A DNA stretch of 55,309 nt, counting the filler, from Basidioascus undulatus (lineage: Eukaryota): NCBI GenBank assembly GCA_000826855.1. It is 5 parts of 5 records of this genome, joined end to end, with 100 filler letters (N's around TTAATTAATTAA, not from the genome) between each part and the next. Parts side by side here need not be neighbours in the genome. Positions count along the whole stretch, not along the records: positions 1 to 10,989 come from JTLS01001057.1; positions 11,090 to 22,077 come from JTLS01001058.1; 3 more parts are not named here. One strand, 5' to 3'. Position 1 is the stretch's first letter, and each line of letters begins with the position of its first letter. The notes beneath the pieces were generated by a model, which searched no databases, had not been told where the DNA came from, and saw only the letters and a list, made by a program, of their open reading frames with translations. The translations under genes were made by a program, and so were the position numbers. Positions 1 to 12,250 of the stretch are shown piece by piece.

Positions 1-266
1 CGCCCATGGCGTTCCCCGACCCCGTCGCGGAAGACCCGCACATCTGTCACCAGCCGAACGGCACCTCCTCCGCCTCGACGCCCGCAACGCTCTTCGCCCC
101 GCCCCGCCTGCCCGCGAGCGCAAGCCCGCAGCCCCCGCCGCACTTCGCTGGGATGTTTGCCGCTGCCGCGCCACCCGGCCCCGCACCAGGAGGTGGGGGG
201 GTGGGGACGTACTTTCAGCAGGCGCAGACGGTCGCGGGTGCGCAACCGGGGGGGAGGAGAGAATGA
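1..266 (+). CDS. 3' end of an unidentified gene (Pro/Ala/Gly-rich C-terminus), 5'-truncated at contig start
   Basis: GC-rich open frame from the window start to TGA at 264-266, followed by a pyrimidine-rich 3'UTR-like tract; no recognisable domain. Confidence 0.45.
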   Translation, partial: PMAFPDPVAEDPHICHQPNGTSSASTPATLFAPPRLPASASPQPPPHFAGMFAAAAPPGPAPGGGGVGTYFQQAQTVAGAQPGGRRE

Positions 267-1465
267 GGCTTGAGAAGGACACTGCTTTGCTGTGAATCCT
301 TCCTTCGATGTTGCTTTTCTTTGTTCTTACCCACTTCGCTGTGGATGCTCCCTTCCTTCGGTAATTCGTGTACGTTATCCAATCTAGGGCCTTCCGTCAC
401 ATCTACCCCCTCTTCTCATCTCTTCTTTGGTTCGCCGCCGTTCGAGCGCTCGTTTCTTTCTTTCGTTTTCTACTTGAGGCCGCTGTTCGTATTTTTTTTC
501 GGGTCTTTTCCCTGAGCTTTGAGCCTTGAGCCCCTGCCGCAGCTGTTTTATGGATCGAAGAGAAGCCAATGAAGATGAAGAACTGAAGCGAAGTTGATTG
601 TTGCCTGATTGACCGTTGGCTAGCTGTGCGTGCTGAGCTGAATGTGTGTGCAACGGGCATCCTTGGCGTGCAAAAAGAACTGAGAATCCGAACGATGCAA
701 ACTTGCGTGCAGACTGCCGCGTAGGCAGCAACATGGGTGCGATGCGTCCTGGTGCGTGTTTTCGACGCGCCTTTACGACGCGTTTCGGTCAGGGTCCGGA
801 CTCGGGAGTCGGGAAGCGTCGGGTCGGAAGGGACGGGCGCTCAGGGTCAGGGTCGAGGAGATAAAAGGGTATAAGGAACGGCGGTATAAGGAACGGCCGT
901 CAGATCCGGTCGGAGAACTTGGTGCTATGCGTAGAGCGGCCTTGAGCGGCCGTTACCTTGCCAGCGTCGAAGAGAAAGTGGCATCGCGCAAGTTTAGCTT
1001 GGACGCACTTACATTTGTAGTGCTGAAATATTGAGTATAAGCAAACTGGTAAGTCCTGGTTGAAGGGCCGAAGAGGTCATAAATGTGTCGACATGCAGCC
1101 CGTCCTGGCCACAAGAAGTTGCCGCTGAGATACCGCTCTCGAAGCTGCATGCAGGGGCATCGACGTGTTCTTTATGAGGATCCCAATGCCAAGCAATCTG
1201 TATTCCTCGCAAAGTTCGACAACGAGATGTGCAACCCCGCAAACGTGCTGACAGCCCTCCCTTTACGCTTCGGCCGTACAAGGAAGACTCGAACTCCGGC
1301 TGACGGCCGCGAGTGTGCACGCCTCCTGTCCACAGCGAGTCTGTGTTGGTCCGTGCCCTGAAAACGAAGGATACACACTACGCAGCTAGGGTACAATTGC
1401 GCCTTGCAGGCCCCGGTTGTGGATGAGCTGTAGGACCGGTTGAGGGGGGCGGTGAGTGGGGCAGG

Positions 1466-1472
1466 TATAAAA
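1466..1472 (+). promoter_or_regulatory. TATA box of the MFS transporter gene
   Basis: TATAAAA about 100 nt upstream of ATG 1573, followed by a CT-rich tract typical of fungal core promoters. Confidence 0.55.
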
Positions 1473-1572
1473 CCGTTCTCTCGCTGTGCTCTGTTCTCGA
1501 CTCCCTTTTCCGCCGCTACTTGTCCTTCCTTGTCCTTCCTTATCTCTCCTAATACCCTTCATAGTGACCGTA

Positions 1573-4427
1573 ATGGCACAGCCTAATACGCCGCACCTCA
1601 CCCCGCCCGACAACGCGCTCCTCGACACGCAGGTCCGCGTGCCCATCGACGAGAAGGCGTCCCTGGAGGAGGAGCTCGACGGCGCGACTCGCGTGCCCAG
1701 CACCATCTCTGGCGCGGTTACAGACCCCGAGAAGCTGGGGGACCAGAAGGTCAAGCTTGTTACTTTTGAGGAGGGCTCCGGGGAGAACCCAAGGGAGTGG
1801 AGCAACGCGAAGAGGTGGTGAGTCCTCGCTGCACTTTTTGTTACTTGCGTCGAGGAATAGCTGCTGAGGTTAGAAGGACACAGGTTCGTTACTCTCGTGG
1901 TTTCCGCCTTGTGCTTCACTGTCGCGCTGGGGTCGGCGTTGCCCACCGGAGAGTGCGTCCCTACTGCGTGCCCAGTCAGAACGTTACTCACCTGGCAACG
2001 CAGTCTTGGTGGCCCGATGATCGAGTTCGGTGTCAAGAGCATCACGATCAACTCATCTATCACACTCTTGTACGGTATTACATGTAAAATTCCCATAATC
2101 GCTCTTGGGGCTCGCTGACTTTTCCTCTGCCTGGGCAGTGTCGTCGGCTTCGGGGTAGGGCAACGCTCAGCCTAGAAGTATCTTTCCTTTGGTCCTAACG
2201 CTTCTCTTCCACAGCTTGGGCCCTTGTTCTTCGCTCCGCTTAGTGAGGAAATAGGGAGGAAGCCCATCTACATAATCTCGATGTTCCTATTCTTCAGTGC
2301 GTGAAAATGCTCCTCTTCATCCTTCCCAGCTCACACAGCTGACCGTACCTCAAAAACCAGTCTTCACTCTCCCCTGTGCCCTGGCGAAGAACATTGAAAC
2401 CCTGCTGGTTTGCCGTCTGGTACGTACAGATTTCCACTCTTATACCGTACAAGGAGACTCATTCCTGTTTCTGAAAGCTTGCAGGCATCGCTGCCAGCTG
2501 CCCTATGGTACGCCTTTTTCTTCCGTCTTCTCAGTTGCTCGGCTCACCCCGTTCCTCTCTACCTCGTGCAGACGAACGTCGGCGGAAGCGTTGCTGACCT
2601 GTGGGCGGTCGAGGAGCGTGGCATCGGTTCGTTTATCCGGTTAGTAACATGTCCAAGAGTGACGGGCTGACTGCTCCTGCTTGCTACAGCCATGGCCATC
2701 TTCAGTGCGACGATCTTCATGGTGAGCACGGGCGATGCCAGCCTTGCACCGGCCTTTTATGCTGACCTTTTTTTTTTTCTTCAGGGACCGTGCATGGGTC
2801 CTCTGAGTGCGTGCTTACTGATCGTGCTGTCCCGAGGAAACGTTTTCTGACGCAGCTTGGCTTTGCAGTCGGCGGATTCATCGGCATGGAAGTCGGTTGG
2901 CGCAACATCTACTGGTGAGTGAAGCTCCTCTTCAACGCTGAAAGAGATTTTAATCACCCATACTGTAGGACCCTCTTCGCATGGGTCGGCCTAATCTGCA
3001 TCCTTGTCGCCCTCACGCCCGAGACGCTGGGCCGCATCATTCTCGCTCGCAAGGCACAGCGTCTTCGGAAGGAGACCGGCGACCCCTCGTACATGTCGCA
3101 GGAGGAACTCAACAAGACCCCCATGTCGGAGAAGATGAAGGTTGCGCTCGTTCGGCCGCTTGGTGAGTGACTCTTAACGTGACAGCGAAACTGCGACAAC
3201 CACCAACTTCGATTTTCACTCCCCCGCCCCCCTAGTCATGCTTTTCACCGAACCTCTTCTCCTCTGCATGACGATGTATCTCTCTTTAATCTACGCGCTT
3301 CTCTATTTGTTCTTCTTGTGCGTTCCTTCTCTTCATTCACAATACACAAAAGGAAGTTTCCGCTGACATGATACATGCATTCACAGCGCCCTGCCTTTGG
3401 TTGAAATGCAGCATGGCTTCAACCTCGGCGAGTGCGTCATCTCGCTCTCCCGAGGACGTAAAGTGCTCCTTTGACTGATTTTGGCTCAGAATTGGCCTGT
3501 GCTTCATCTCTATCATGATCGGAATTTTTATTGCCCTGGGCGGGATGCCCATGCAGTAAGCAAACTGTTGCTCGAGCACCGCCTCCTGTTCTCACACGAC
3601 GGTGCTGTTTTTAGGGAAAAGATTTACCATCGCCTTACCGAGAAGAATGGGTACAGACCCGAGCACCGCTTGACGCTCATGATGTTCGGAGCAGTGTGAG
3701 CCTTCCTTCCCTTTAATCCCAAAGTTGTACATGAAGATGGTCCGCTTACTTGCATTGGCACGAACCAGCCTCCTCCCCATCGGTCTCTTCATCTTTGCAT
3801 GGTGCTCTCTTCCTCAAGTGTAAGTGGTCTAGTCTCATGTGCGATGCCCACAAAACTTACTAAACGATCTCCTTCAGCCACTGGGTTGCGCCGGTACGTG
3901 TGCTCGAACGCTTCAGCTTGAATGTCGCAGTTGACGAGCGTTGCAGCTCTTCGGCGCCCTGATTTTCGGCATTTCCATGGTCACCGTTTACATCGGGGCC
4001 AACTCATACATCATTGACAGCTATCCTGAGGCGACCGCCTCTGCGGTGGCCGCGAAGACCTTCTTGAGGTCGCTCGTCGGCGCGGCGGTGCCTTTGTTTG
4101 TCGAGCCTGTGAGTTCACTGCTCCCTCTGCAGAGGACACGAAGGCTGAACGGTATATATTGATTCACAGATGTACTTCAACCTGCACTACCAATGGGCTG
4201 GTAAACTGGCTTTTCGTATCTCGTCTCCTCGGGGTTGGCGACTGACATCTTGGGCTTAGGCACGCTCCTCGCATTCCTTGCGGTGGCTGCTCTGCCGATC
4301 CCCTTCGTGTTCTACAAGGTACGCCTCTCCTTGGCCCCAAGATTCAGGAGCTCTGTCTTAACCCGCCTTCGTCTTATCATTGCAGTTCGGTCCTCGCATT
4401 CGTGCCGCGTCTCGCCGCGCTACCTAG
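1573..4427 (+). CDS. MFS transporter, DHA1 (drug:H+ antiporter / Tpo polyamine transporter-like) family, about 22 exons
   Basis: Spliced motifs [109 protein letters not shown] introns throughout. Confidence 0.9.
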
Positions 4428-5488
4428 ACTGCATGTAGTTTGTCCGGCCCAGATGAGCGATTGACACCCCTTCTGGAGTCGGCTTAGACGTCTGGGGAGA
4501 CCCATAGATTTGGAATCCTTGCCGCCACGTAGAGCGTGATGCGCAGAAGCGTAGCATTTTCTGAAAGACATTGCGCGGTACCTCCATGAACTGTCTTTTC
4601 CTCGTTCCAGGTTTTGTGCCTCCGGCAAACTAGCGAGCGCGACATTGTAATAGCTGCATGACACGGATGAACAACGCGGACAACAAACTACGCGGGGTGG
4701 AACGTTTCAGGCATCAAGCGGTGGGGTCGTCGACCGTCCGCAATCCCCGACCCTCCGAATCGAGAAGTGCGACACCTTTGTCGGAAAGACGCAAGGCAAA
4801 CGGCATCAACACCAATGCCAAATGAACCAAGTTTAAATAGCTCTCAGATTGCAGCAGTTTGAGACCTGGGTGATCGTCATGCGAGTTTCAGACCTCAACC
4901 TTTCCAGATGACGTCTGCCGTACTAAGGCTTATTTTGGTCTGATGTTAGTAAATTCCAGGGTTCCCTAATAATTCCCCTTCCATGTACCAAAAGACACGC
5001 GTAGGTGTTCTGCCTGAAAAATAGAACTGTGCGGCACCTCCAGTTCACTGGGCACGCCAGCCGCGTCATATGTCGCGCAAATATGTGAGAGCAAGGTATT
5101 TTCTACTTTAATAGATGCACAGTGCTCGAAGGTTGCGGCGCCCGGGAGGAGAGTCACGAGAGAAGAGTCAGCGAAGGCGGTTGGAGTGTCGAACTGAATG
5201 GGGGGGAGGTGCAGCGTCAGCGCTAGGAGTTCAGCAGTCGGCGACTAGTGAGCATGTTGTTGGTCGGTATTTCTTGCCCGCGGGGATTCAAGTCCCCAAA
5301 GGAATGAGGGAGTCTGTCCACAGCTCTCTGTACCCGCAGCCCCTTCGCACCCGCAATCATCCTCACCAAGAGAGCAAAGGTGCCGACAACGCTCGTACTC
5401 ACATTCATACTGCTGCATATAAGAGGCGCATAACGAGCGCGAGTGTCTGGCTGCGGCCTCTCGTGGGAGAGAGATTGTCAACATCGGA

Positions 5489-6980
5489 CTATGGAGTCTG
5501 AGATGCGCACACAAAACTCCTGACGCACCTTCTAAAAGTTGCACGTCCCATGGGTGTTAAAAATGGAGAAGTCCAAGGAATCGGTGTGTTGAACTCCGCC
5601 GTATACGTGATCCCGGCGTCCTTGCTGCAGCTCTCAATGGCCCCGAAGTTCTTGGTACAGGCTGCATCGTCGATGAACTGGTCGCAGCTGTTCACGATCT
5701 ACACAGACCATGATGGGGAAGTCAGTAAGCGGTTTGCTATTCCCAGACATGACTGATCTGGTTGTAGATGATAGAACGGAAGACTCACAAAGAGATCCCA
5801 GTGCCGGTTGGTCAGGAGCTCCGCGATCTCCGTTTCTTCGCAGGTGCCGACATGCTGACGTTCTGCGATTGCGGCATATTGTCCCTTTTCGAACCGACTG
5901 CAGGAGCGTTTGGCAACGGATTGAGGGTCTTTCGTGATTCCACCGGCATCGGTAGCGCTGCACTACACATCGAAAAGCAAGCCCGTCAATGCAAGGTGAA
6001 GCTACGACTTGGCTACGATTACGAGGGTGGCACTGCTCCTGTGAGCGGCATCAATAATGTCAGAGTGATGTGATGCTGCTTGTTGAATATGTGCATGTGA
6101 ATTATGTAATTCCTCCTGTCCTCCATCCCGAGAGGAGGCTGACTTGAGGAAGTGGGCATGACGGCCATTCCACGTTCAGGCCGGCAGCCCGGATAGGCAG
6201 ATAATTGCAAGCGGGTCAGGTGAATCTTGCATGAATGGATATGTAGGGTTGTCTGTGAAGAGGGAACCAGGTAAGAGGCCGATGCTCGAGGATAGTGATT
6301 CCTCGACTCGGTGCTGGCGGCGGACACGGGCTCGAAAGGGCCACAGGTCATGGCGAAATTCGAATCAAGAGCGAGTAAATTGCTTCTGCCTCCTTCCCCT
6401 TTTCCGGTCCACAGCTTGGGTCTGTACTGCAGACGCAGTGGATGCAGAGCGGTACAATCGGACCTGTCTGCGAGCTGATTGAGGCGTGTGAGCGGGATGC
6501 GGACCCGCGCGTAAGCAGAAAGGGACTCAGAGGTGACCACAGTTGCATACACACACTGTTCAGATTGTGCGCAACAGATACAGCGTCTATTCATAGGAAG
6601 GCATGACCTTGACAACGTCGTCTGCCTCATCGCACAGCCGGATACCACAGCGCTGGAGCTTCATGCTCGTCCTGAGCGCCCATCCGAGAAACTCCCCATC
6701 CTGCATTGTTGCCCAAATGAAGCGTCATTCCGCCACCCATCCTCTATCTGCCGGTGGAAGAGTTCAACAGTTTGGAGCTGCTCAGAAGGTGCCTCCACGA
6801 GAGTGGAAAGAAACTGTTCAATCCCTGCGGCAGTGGACGCAAGTAGAGCTCTTTGCAGACGAGAGGGAGAGATAGCTGCGTCACAAGGACTTGATCATCG
6901 TCCGAATCGGGGTCGAACACCAGCGCGAAAATACGAGTGATAATTTCGAGTGGGATGCGACGATGAGGACTGTGCTCCAT
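5489..6980 (-). pseudogene. Degenerate F-box protein gene (3' extent uncertain)
   Basis: ATG at 6980 gives MEHSPHRRIPLEIITRIFALV...LSLPLVCKELY, a fungal F-box pattern; downstream frames are broken and I could not assemble an intact CDS. Confidence 0.45.
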
Positions 6981-7917
6981 GATGCGATCGAGCACAAAAC
7001 GGTAGGGATAGATGCACAATGCAGCGATAGAACGCGCGTGTCAGTGCGATCGAGTGCAAGAGATGGTGAAGATGGTGGGTAAGAGGAGAGACAAGCTTGC
7101 GCTGCGTAATTACCAGCCCGGAGGCGCGGAAGATCCGAGGATAGGTGTGTAAGGATGTGAATCGCCCCAAAACGCTCTTTCAAGGCCCTGCTCATCGGCT
7201 GTGTGCAGTCTGTAAACCGAAATTCGTGCACGTTAATAGCGCCGAGGTCTGAGATTATCATACCAGCCACAGCGATGGCCATGACCCAGACGGAAGTAAC
7301 GTTGCTGAGCCTCCACGTTGCTTTCAGTTCATCCATATCTCAGCGCTGCATATAATCTTTACCTGCGAAAATCTCAACAGAATCTTTGAGAAAGCCAGAC
7401 CGTTGAGCTGCAGGCAACTACCCCATTTCGCCCTTCGAAGTTCCACACGCGGGTACAACGCACCACGTACACATTTTTCTCGGCACTGGATGAGGCAGAT
7501 ATCTTCAGGAGAAAGCATTGGACATTCTCTCCCCAGCACTGGTGAATTTCTACGGCATAGAACAGGACGCAGGCTGCTGGCCACGTTCCCAAATGGGCTC
7601 TCGTCCTGACTGCTTGAGCAGCGTGCCCCCGTGGGATGAGCCGTTTATTTAGTTCCACTGAAAAAAATTATGTGAGCGCAAATACATGGGTACAGGACCA
7701 GCGAGCGTCAGATTAGCCGTGGTCGCTGCTTTGCGAATTACTGAGCGTCCAAGAGTTGTTCGGGCGCCCCACTGGGTACGCAAGTTCAAGACGAAACTCA
7801 AAAGTAACCAAAGAAGGGGAGGAGTAAATCTTCCAAGGCGAAGATACTTGGCCTATATCCGAAACATGGTTCGGACTCCGGCTTACTTGCGCTCCTTTCC
7901 TGAGTCCCATCATCACA

Positions 7918-8361
7918 ATGGAGACTACCAAAGTCCCTCCATTCGTCCTACCGCACCCGCCGCACTTGTGGAAGCCCTTCCCCCAAGTCCTGGATCTCAT
8001 GGACCCGTTCCTATGTGCGATCGAAGACTGCTACGAGTGCAGCGCCTGGGTGGACGACCCGCCCGCGGACTTCGTGATCGACAGCGAGGTCGACGCGGAG
8101 TTCCTCCCGATTCCGCCTTCGGTGCTCCTGCACGCAGAGGAGTACGAGTCTTGGGCGAACCGGCAGTGACAGATCATTGTCGGGATGAGCGCTCCGGAGG
8201 AGTGGCCGCTGTGGCGCAAGGATTGGCTTCGGGGCCTGCAGTATGGTACGTGTATGTTTCTGAGGGTATTGAAATGTGCTATAGGTGCGCGTGTCTTGGA
8301 CTCAGGTGATTCTGCCGGGGGTGGAAACTCTGACTGGCGTCGTCGCGACAGTGTACCGTGA
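7918..8361 (+). pseudogene. Orphan gene with an in-frame premature TGA (8167-8169)
   Basis: Strong GC3 coding-like bias; the frame continues after the TGA (QIIVGMSAPEEWPLWRKDWLRGLQY) to a GTACGT donor and a CAG acceptor near 8306. Confidence 0.4.
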
Positions 8362-9223
8362 CTACCGCAAACAAGTGAAGGATCTGCCACTGCCTCTACC
8401 ATCACCACCGTGTCAGTTCCCAGCCTCTTCGTTGCTCGAGCGCTCTCTCATCCTTTGACTCCGTAGCCGCAGTGTACGACATACTGGCCAAGGCGACACG
8501 ACGACTCGGCTCCGCCTGGGGTTGGTCGCAAGGGTCCGTCCTCGCCCCTCCGCAAGATCCGCCTTCCTCATTATTGCATGCCCCTCCGCCCTTTTCCTCC
8601 CCCCCGGCCCTCAGGAAGGGTCATCCTGTATTGAGTGATTAACCCTGTTTCCCGCACAACGCTCACTAGCGTGCTTCGCATCCGGATGCGTCCATCAAGG
8701 CTCGAGTTACATCGGCGCCGCTGCTCGCGCACACTGTTCTACTTTTCAAAGGCTGCACTCTCGGCGTGAACCTCAGAGAAATGTCATTTGGACGCTTAAA
8801 GAAGTTTTGAAGTTTTTAGAGTCAAATTTGCGGCAAACGCCCAGTTTCACTCAAAATGACTGTGACAGTCGCAGTCCTTCCTGCTGGGGTCTGAGCCTAT
8901 GGAGACTCGGCGAGGCGTCCATCTTCGTCGCTCTTGCCTTCAACTCCCAGGCCATAACCATACCTTGGAAATGCAACATTAACAGGCCAGACTGTAAGCA
9001 CTGCAGTCGTAGTTTCAGTGTCGTGGCGTTTCAGCTTGACTTGAAACAAAGTAGAGGCGGGGGCTTCGGCAAGATAGGAAATCAAACGAGCACGACATCC
9101 TTAACTGATCGCGTGCCTCCAAGTTTCGCCTCGTGCATCTTGCCCTGCTCGCCATCGCGCTCCTCACGCTCGCTACCCGACGCCCTCTAATCTCCATCGC
9201 CGCCGCCACCACCACGGACGACG

Positions 9224-10989
9224 ATGGCGCGCTCCCTCTCGCCGCCGCCAGTGCGCCGGACCTCGCGCTCGCTGTCGCCGGCGGGCCCGCCCGTGCTCAG
9301 CCCGCCGGCGCGCTTGCTGGATAGGACGGACTACTTTGTGGGGATTGGGCTGGTGCGTTTCCGGTTGGGAGAAAGGAAGGAGGATCCCCGCTGGGAAAGG
9401 AGCTGATGGGGTTCTGGGTGGGTGTGGGGCGCTGTACAAGCTCCTTTGCGTGGTACTCCTCTGGGTGAGTCCGTCTTCGCACGGTTCACATGGGTGTGTG
9501 CGCAGGCTAAACAGGCTGGAGGAATAGGTTTCTAGTAATTTCATCACGCACGACCTGTTCACGGGGGGATACGACAAACCGTTCCTGTGCGCAAGCGCTT
9601 CTCGCTCCCCCTTCTTCCCAGGCCACGCTCACACCCGGTCTTATCGCGGCGCCGAAACCACAGATTAACGTACCTCAACACGTCCTCCTTCTCGCTCTAC
9701 CTCCTCCCCTTTCTCTTCCGACACATCCGACAACACTTCTCCCACCCCTCCAAGCACCCGTACATTCTCTCCTTCACCCTCCTCAGCGCCGTCTTCCCTC
9801 ACCCACTTTCCCCTTCCCTTCCCTCAGCCTCCTCCCCTGCGCCTCCACGCGTCATAACTACTCCACCCTCGCCCCCTCTACGCCGCTTGAGGAAGACGCC
9901 TCGTGGGACGGCGATGACGCCGAGCGGCCGCTCAACACGCGCGAGACGGTTCGTCTCGCGTTCCAGTTCTGTGTGCTCTGGTTCTTGGCCAACTGGACCG
10001 TGAACGCTTCTTTAGCGGTGCGTGGTTTACTTTGGATTAGGTGGAGGATCTTAATTTGTGCGGCACGGGACATGCAGTACACCAGCGTAGCCAGCAGCAC
10101 CATCTTGTCTTCCATGAGCGGTGAGTCTGCGAACCCAACTGAAGTCAGCTCATGAGCCTGCTGCTCAACGTCTTATTAACCACAGGGTTCTTCACGCTCG
10201 CTCTCGGCCGGCTCTTCCTCGTCGAGCGCTTCACGCTCGCGAAGCTCTCCGCCGTGATCGTCTCCGTCCTCGGGGTGATCCTCGTCTCGCTCTCCGACTC
10301 CCATTCTCCCACCTCCGACTCTCCCCCTCCCTCCAAGGACCCCACTACCTTCTCTTCCTCACCCGCGCCCTCCGGGCCCCTCCAGGGCGATGCCCTCGCG
10401 CTCGCCTCCGCGCTTGCATACGCGGCGTACGTCGTGCTCCTCAAGCTGCGCATCGGGCACGAGAGCCGGCTCAACGCGCCGCTGTTCTTCGGCTGCGTCG
10501 GCGCGATCAACATCGCTTGCTTGTGGCCTGTCTTGATCGCCCTCCATATCGCGGGATGGGAGACGTTCGAGTTGCCTCCTGCCAGGGAGGCGTGGGCCGC
10601 TGTGGTGGTCAACATGTTTATCACGTTCAGCAGTGACTTCTTGTACCTCCGGGCCATGCTTAAGACTACCCCGTGCGTCCTCTTACATCCTCCCCTCCCC
10701 CATCCCGCCCCTTCCCGCTTCCCATTCCGCCAAGCCTGATCGCTGAAGCCGTTCGTCGGAAATAGTCTAGTAGTAACCGTCGGCCTCTCCCTCACCCTCC
10801 CCCTCGCCGTCGCAGGCGATTACCTGCGCGGAACAGGCTCAACCACACCGCAGAGCCTCCTCGGTGCCGCGCTCGTCCTCGGCAGCTTTGTCGCGCTCGG
10901 ATTGGGCGACGCGGCGGAGGGCGAGCGCGTTATAAGGGAGACGGAGGAGTGGGAGGGGCTCGAGGTGGGGGAGGGGGAGGGGGAGGGGG
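9224..10989 (+). CDS. EamA/DMT-superfamily transporter, SLC35F5 / Thi74 / YML018C-like; 3'-truncated by contig end
   Basis: Spliced motifs YFVGIGL|LLCVVLLW|VSSNFITHDLFTGGYDKPF|LTYLNTSSFSLYL, WFLANWTVNASL|YTSVASSTILSSMS, GDALALASALAYAAYVVLLK, SDFLYLRAMLKTTP|LVVTVGLSLTLPLA. Confidence 0.9.
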
Positions 10990-11089
10990 NNNNNNNNNNN
11001 NNNNNNNNNNNNNNNNNNNNNNNNNNNNNNNNNTTAATTAATTAANNNNNNNNNNNNNNNNNNNNNNNNNNNNNNNNNNNNNNNNNNNN
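10990..11089. other. Artificial contig linker (N44-TTAATTAATTAA-N44)
   Basis: Six-frame-stop spacer at 11034-11045 within Ns. Confidence 0.97.
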
Positions 11090-12250
11090 GCCGCGGAGGA
11101 GGAGGAGATCGCGATGGAGGTGGAGCGGGAGACGAGGGAAGAGGACATGCCCGAGCCGTACGAGCGCGCGATGAGCCCTGTGCCCATGGAGCGCGGGGCC
11201 CTCGCGTACGAAGACCGCCAGCTTGATGTCGTCGATGAGCTGGAGGACCTGATCAAGCTCGTGAGTTCTCGTTGCTCTCTCTTGCTCTCTCCAGAAAAGA
11301 AGAAAGCAGAAGCAGTCTGACCCCCTCCCTCTCCCTTCCCACCGCAGTTCGCCCTCCGCCGCAAAGTGACCTCCTCCTCCTTCGTCGCCAAGTCCTCTCT
11401 CCCGTCCTCGCAGATCGCGCGCGCGCCCGATGAGCTGGGCGCGTCCGTGTCGGACCTGGCGGCGGAGGCGCTGTTCAAGGCGCAGGAGGCGTCGCGCGAC
11501 ATTGAGGACGAGGACGAGGAGTTCCTCGAGGGCGAGGACACGTTCATCGAGACGCAGACCGCGGGCGCAGCGACGTACACGTGGGAGGACAAGTACCGCC
11601 CGCGCAAGCCGCGATACTTCAACCGCGTCCATACGGGGTACGAGTGGAACAAATACAATCAGACGCACTATGATAGCGACAACCCGCCGCCGAAGGTCGT
11701 GCAGGGTTACAAGGCGCGTTTCCCTCCCACGCAACGACCTCCTTCACCTCTCTCGCCCTTTCCTTTCCCCTGACTTCCACCCCTCTCGTGCCATAAACTG
11801 ACGTGCGCGCGCGCCGACAGTTCAACATATTCTACCCGGACCTGATCGACAAGTCCAAGGCGCCGACGTACAAGATCGTCAAGGACAAGGACAACCCGGA
11901 CATCGCGACGATCTACTTCATCGCTGGACCCCCGTACGAGGATATCGCGTTCACGATCGTCAACAAGCAGTGGGAGTACTCGCACAAGCGGTGCGTACCC
12001 CCTGTCCACTCTTCTGGCTTCCTTTCGTTTGGGGAAAGCGGTGCTGACATGGGAACTGGGGAATGGGGAATGGGGAATGGGGAATAGCGGATTCCGCTCC
12101 TCCTTCGACCGCGGTGTCCTCCAGCTCTGGTTCAACTTCCGCCGCACGTTCTACAGGAAGGTGCGTGCCGCCCCTTCTTCCCTTTTCTTCATCTCCCCCG
12201 CCCCTCATCTCGTTTCGAGCTCACCCTCGTTTCTCCGTCTCCTTCAGTGA
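11090..12250 (+). CDS. CACTIN: Cactin (spliceosome-associated factor), C-terminal part; 5'-truncated
   Basis: WEDKYRPRKPRYFNRVHTGYEWNKYNQTHYDSDNPPPKVVQGYK|FNIFYPDLIDKSKAPTY...AGPPYEDIAF...GFRSSFDRGVLQLWFNFRRTFYRK, the conserved cactin C-terminal domain. Confidence 0.95.

Noticed and set aside
868..897. 15-bp tandem duplication GGTATAAGGAACGGC x2
   Set aside because: Only two copies with no associated gene or element; probably slippage
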